This document shows, one piece after another, positions 61,915-64,000 of a stretch of 64,000 nt of DNA. The notes under the pieces are model-generated. The model was not told the origin of the DNA and did not search any database. It saw nothing but the letters and a program-made list of their open reading frames with translations. Source of the DNA: Okamejei kenojei. Its lineage: Eukaryota. The translations under genes were made by a program, and so were the position numbers. Within the stretch, counting starts at the first letter, position 1, and every line of letters starts with the position of its first letter. The stretch spans positions 8,432,001 to 8,496,000 of the forward strand of contig CM069162.1 in assembly GCA_035221665.1 (NCBI GenBank), given 5' to 3'.

Positions 61915-62240
61915 TATAGACAATAGACAATAGGTGCAGGAGTAGGCCATTCGGCCCTTCGAGCCAGCACCATCATTCAATGTGATCATGGCTGATCATC
62001 CCCAATCAGTACCCCGTTCCTGCCTTCTCCCCATATCCCCTGACTCCGCTCTCTTTAAGAGCCCTATCTAGCTCTCTCTTGAAAGCATCCAGAGAACCCG
62101 CCTCCACCGCCCTCTGAGGCAGAGAATTCCATAGATTCACAACTCTCTGTGTGAAAAACTCCAGAGTGTACAAGCCCAGCCGCTCCATTCTTCCCGCCAT
62201 CCCGGGAATTAACGTTGTAAACCTACGCTGCACTCCCTCT
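61915..62240 (-). mobile_element. CR1 3' fragment, internally deleted
   Basis: QRRFTTLIPGM..ERLGLYTLE|FFTQRVVNLWNSLP. Confidence 0.88.
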
Positions 62241-62269
62241 ATATCTTGCTCTGAATATCGTACCTTTTA

Positions 62270-62665
62270 TCCATCCACAGCCTTGGAGGGCATCTACCAC
62301 ACACGGTGCCTCAGGAAGGCCGTCAGCATACATACAGACTCCTCTCACCCTTGTAATGGACTGTTCGAACTACTCCCTTCCGGCAGACTTCTACGCCCGC
62401 ACCTCCAGACTCAGGAACAGCTTCATTCCCAGAGCTATAGTGGCTCTGAACCGGCCCTGCTGAGTGCCCCCCACCCCATCCCCATGGACTGTCTCCCCCG
62501 GCCTCGCACTTTAGTCTGTGTTGATTTTACTGGTCTAATGTTCGTTTTTACAAACCTTGTTCTCGGGGTATCTAAACCTAAATTTTATTTATGACATCAG
62601 ATGGAAGTTGCAAACCAAATCTCGTTGCACTTGTGTGTAATGACAATAAAATATATTATTATTAT
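62270..62665 (+). mobile_element. Rex1/Babar-type LINE 3' fragment
   Basis: LEGIYHTRCLRKAVSIHTDSSHPCNGLFELLPSGR; ends TGACAATAAA and (TAT)n. Confidence 0.82.
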
Positions 62666-63564
62666 TTTTATCATGTAGAGCCTTTTTGCTGTCTGGATGA
62701 CACACAAACAAAAGCTTTATACAGTACCTCAGTGCAAATGGCAATAATAAACTAAACTATGTCTGATTACTCAAATTCCTTTCAAAACACAAAGGAGGTG
62801 AGATAATTATTGTCTTTCCCCACTGCACAGAGGTCCCCTCTCCCCCTATTATCATTATTTCCCTTTTTAAACATGTTTGGTTTATTATTGCCTCGCACCC
62901 CTGCAGCCCACGTGCACAACCCCACATAGGTCCCCTCATGCAGAGCTGACAGTGTGCCCACGATTCATATCACTGGTGTGACAATAAGTGAGCATCCAAG
63001 CTGGGAATCAAATCAGGATAGATTCTCATTCAGTTTGAGTTTAGTTTATTGTCAGTGAAAAGCTTTTGTGTGCTAACCAGTCAGCGAAAAGACAATACGT
63101 GATTACAAATGAGCCATCCACAGTGTCGATACATGATAAAGGGAATAACGTTTTGTGCAAGGTAAAGTTATTAAAGTCCAATGAGTTCAGTGTTGCGCTC
63201 TAGTTGTGGTAGGATAGTACACTTGCCTGATAACAACTTTAACAATCCTACTTACTATTGTAGCTACTATGCTGTCAATGATACAGATTGTAAACTTTGT
63301 TTGGAAGTTTAAATAATAATTATAAATGACTCTTATGGGGCAGTGTTGAATTCAACATGCCGTCCTTTCACTTGTGGGCCTCATGAACACTGATTCCCTC
63401 TCTGGACTAAAAATCTCCCTCACCGAACAGTGTTTAGGATGAAAGCGTTTGGTGAGAATCTGGCCAAATCTGTTGAAAATGAGGATAAAATTTCAAAGCG
63501 ATTTACCGTAAAATTTGCTCTGGAGACGATGTCAAAAATTCACCCAAAAAGTTGCGAGAAATTA

Positions 63565-63700
63565 TGTCATAAGTGATAGGAGTAAAATTAGGCCATTTGG
63601 CCCATCAAGTCTACTTCTACATGGCTGATCTATCTCTCCCTCCTAACCCCATTCTCCAGCCTTCTCCCCATAACCTCTGACACCCGTACTAATCAATTAA
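63565..63700 (-). mobile_element. CR1 3' UTR fragment
   Basis: Matches the other CR1 3' ends in the window. Confidence 0.7.
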
Positions 63701-64000
63701 CACGTTTAAAAACGTCTACAAGATTGAATGCAAACGCAAATCAAATACAACCCAAAAAGAAGTTAACAAATGAACTTAGATTTTACTTACTTTGGCCAAA
63801 TTAATGCACTTTATCATTAATCTGCTTTCTCTGATGTGATACCATTTTCCCCTTTTGTTGTATATATCATCCTTTGTACCTGCACAAATAACTACAGCAA
63901 GGCAGAAATTAAGCCCAATCATTTTGAAATGTTAACCAAGATATTAAGATAACTCTCCGGGTTCTCAGAATATTGCTTTGGAAACTTGTCATCCCAACTG

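Overview
Vertebrate genomic DNA, most likely from a cartilaginous fish (skate/ray-like). This is inferred from the repeat repertoire of CR1 LINEs, V-SINE/HE1-type tRNA SINEs, Penelope-like, Rex1/Babar and RTE fragments. The window has four assembly gaps. The only recognisable host gene is a single-exon FoxL2-paralogue forkhead gene (foxl2l/foxl3/foxl2b type) on the minus strand at 9992-10839. Its reading frame is broken by a 1-nt shortfall in an A-run at 10379-10381; restoring it gives a 282-aa protein with the FoxL2-type C-terminus. The gene lies in a CpG-retaining domain of about 15 kb, and the rest of the window is a repeat-rich gene desert. The most striking non-coding signal is a very abundant short element identical to the terminal repeat of the local Penelope-like (GIY-YIG) retroelement. 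It carries a minimal hammerhead-ribozyme-like core (CTGAAGA-A-GGGT[CTCG/TTCG]RCCC-GAAAC-GTH) and is often inserted as a head-to-head hairpin flanked by 10-16 bp target-site duplications. Several very small or unclassified DNA-transposon derivatives are also visible: a 71-72 bp TTAA MITE, a 45 bp P-like palindrome, a Sola2-like element abutting a Helitron-like start, and a 1 kb TIR element. All calls were made by eye and repeat boundaries are approximate.
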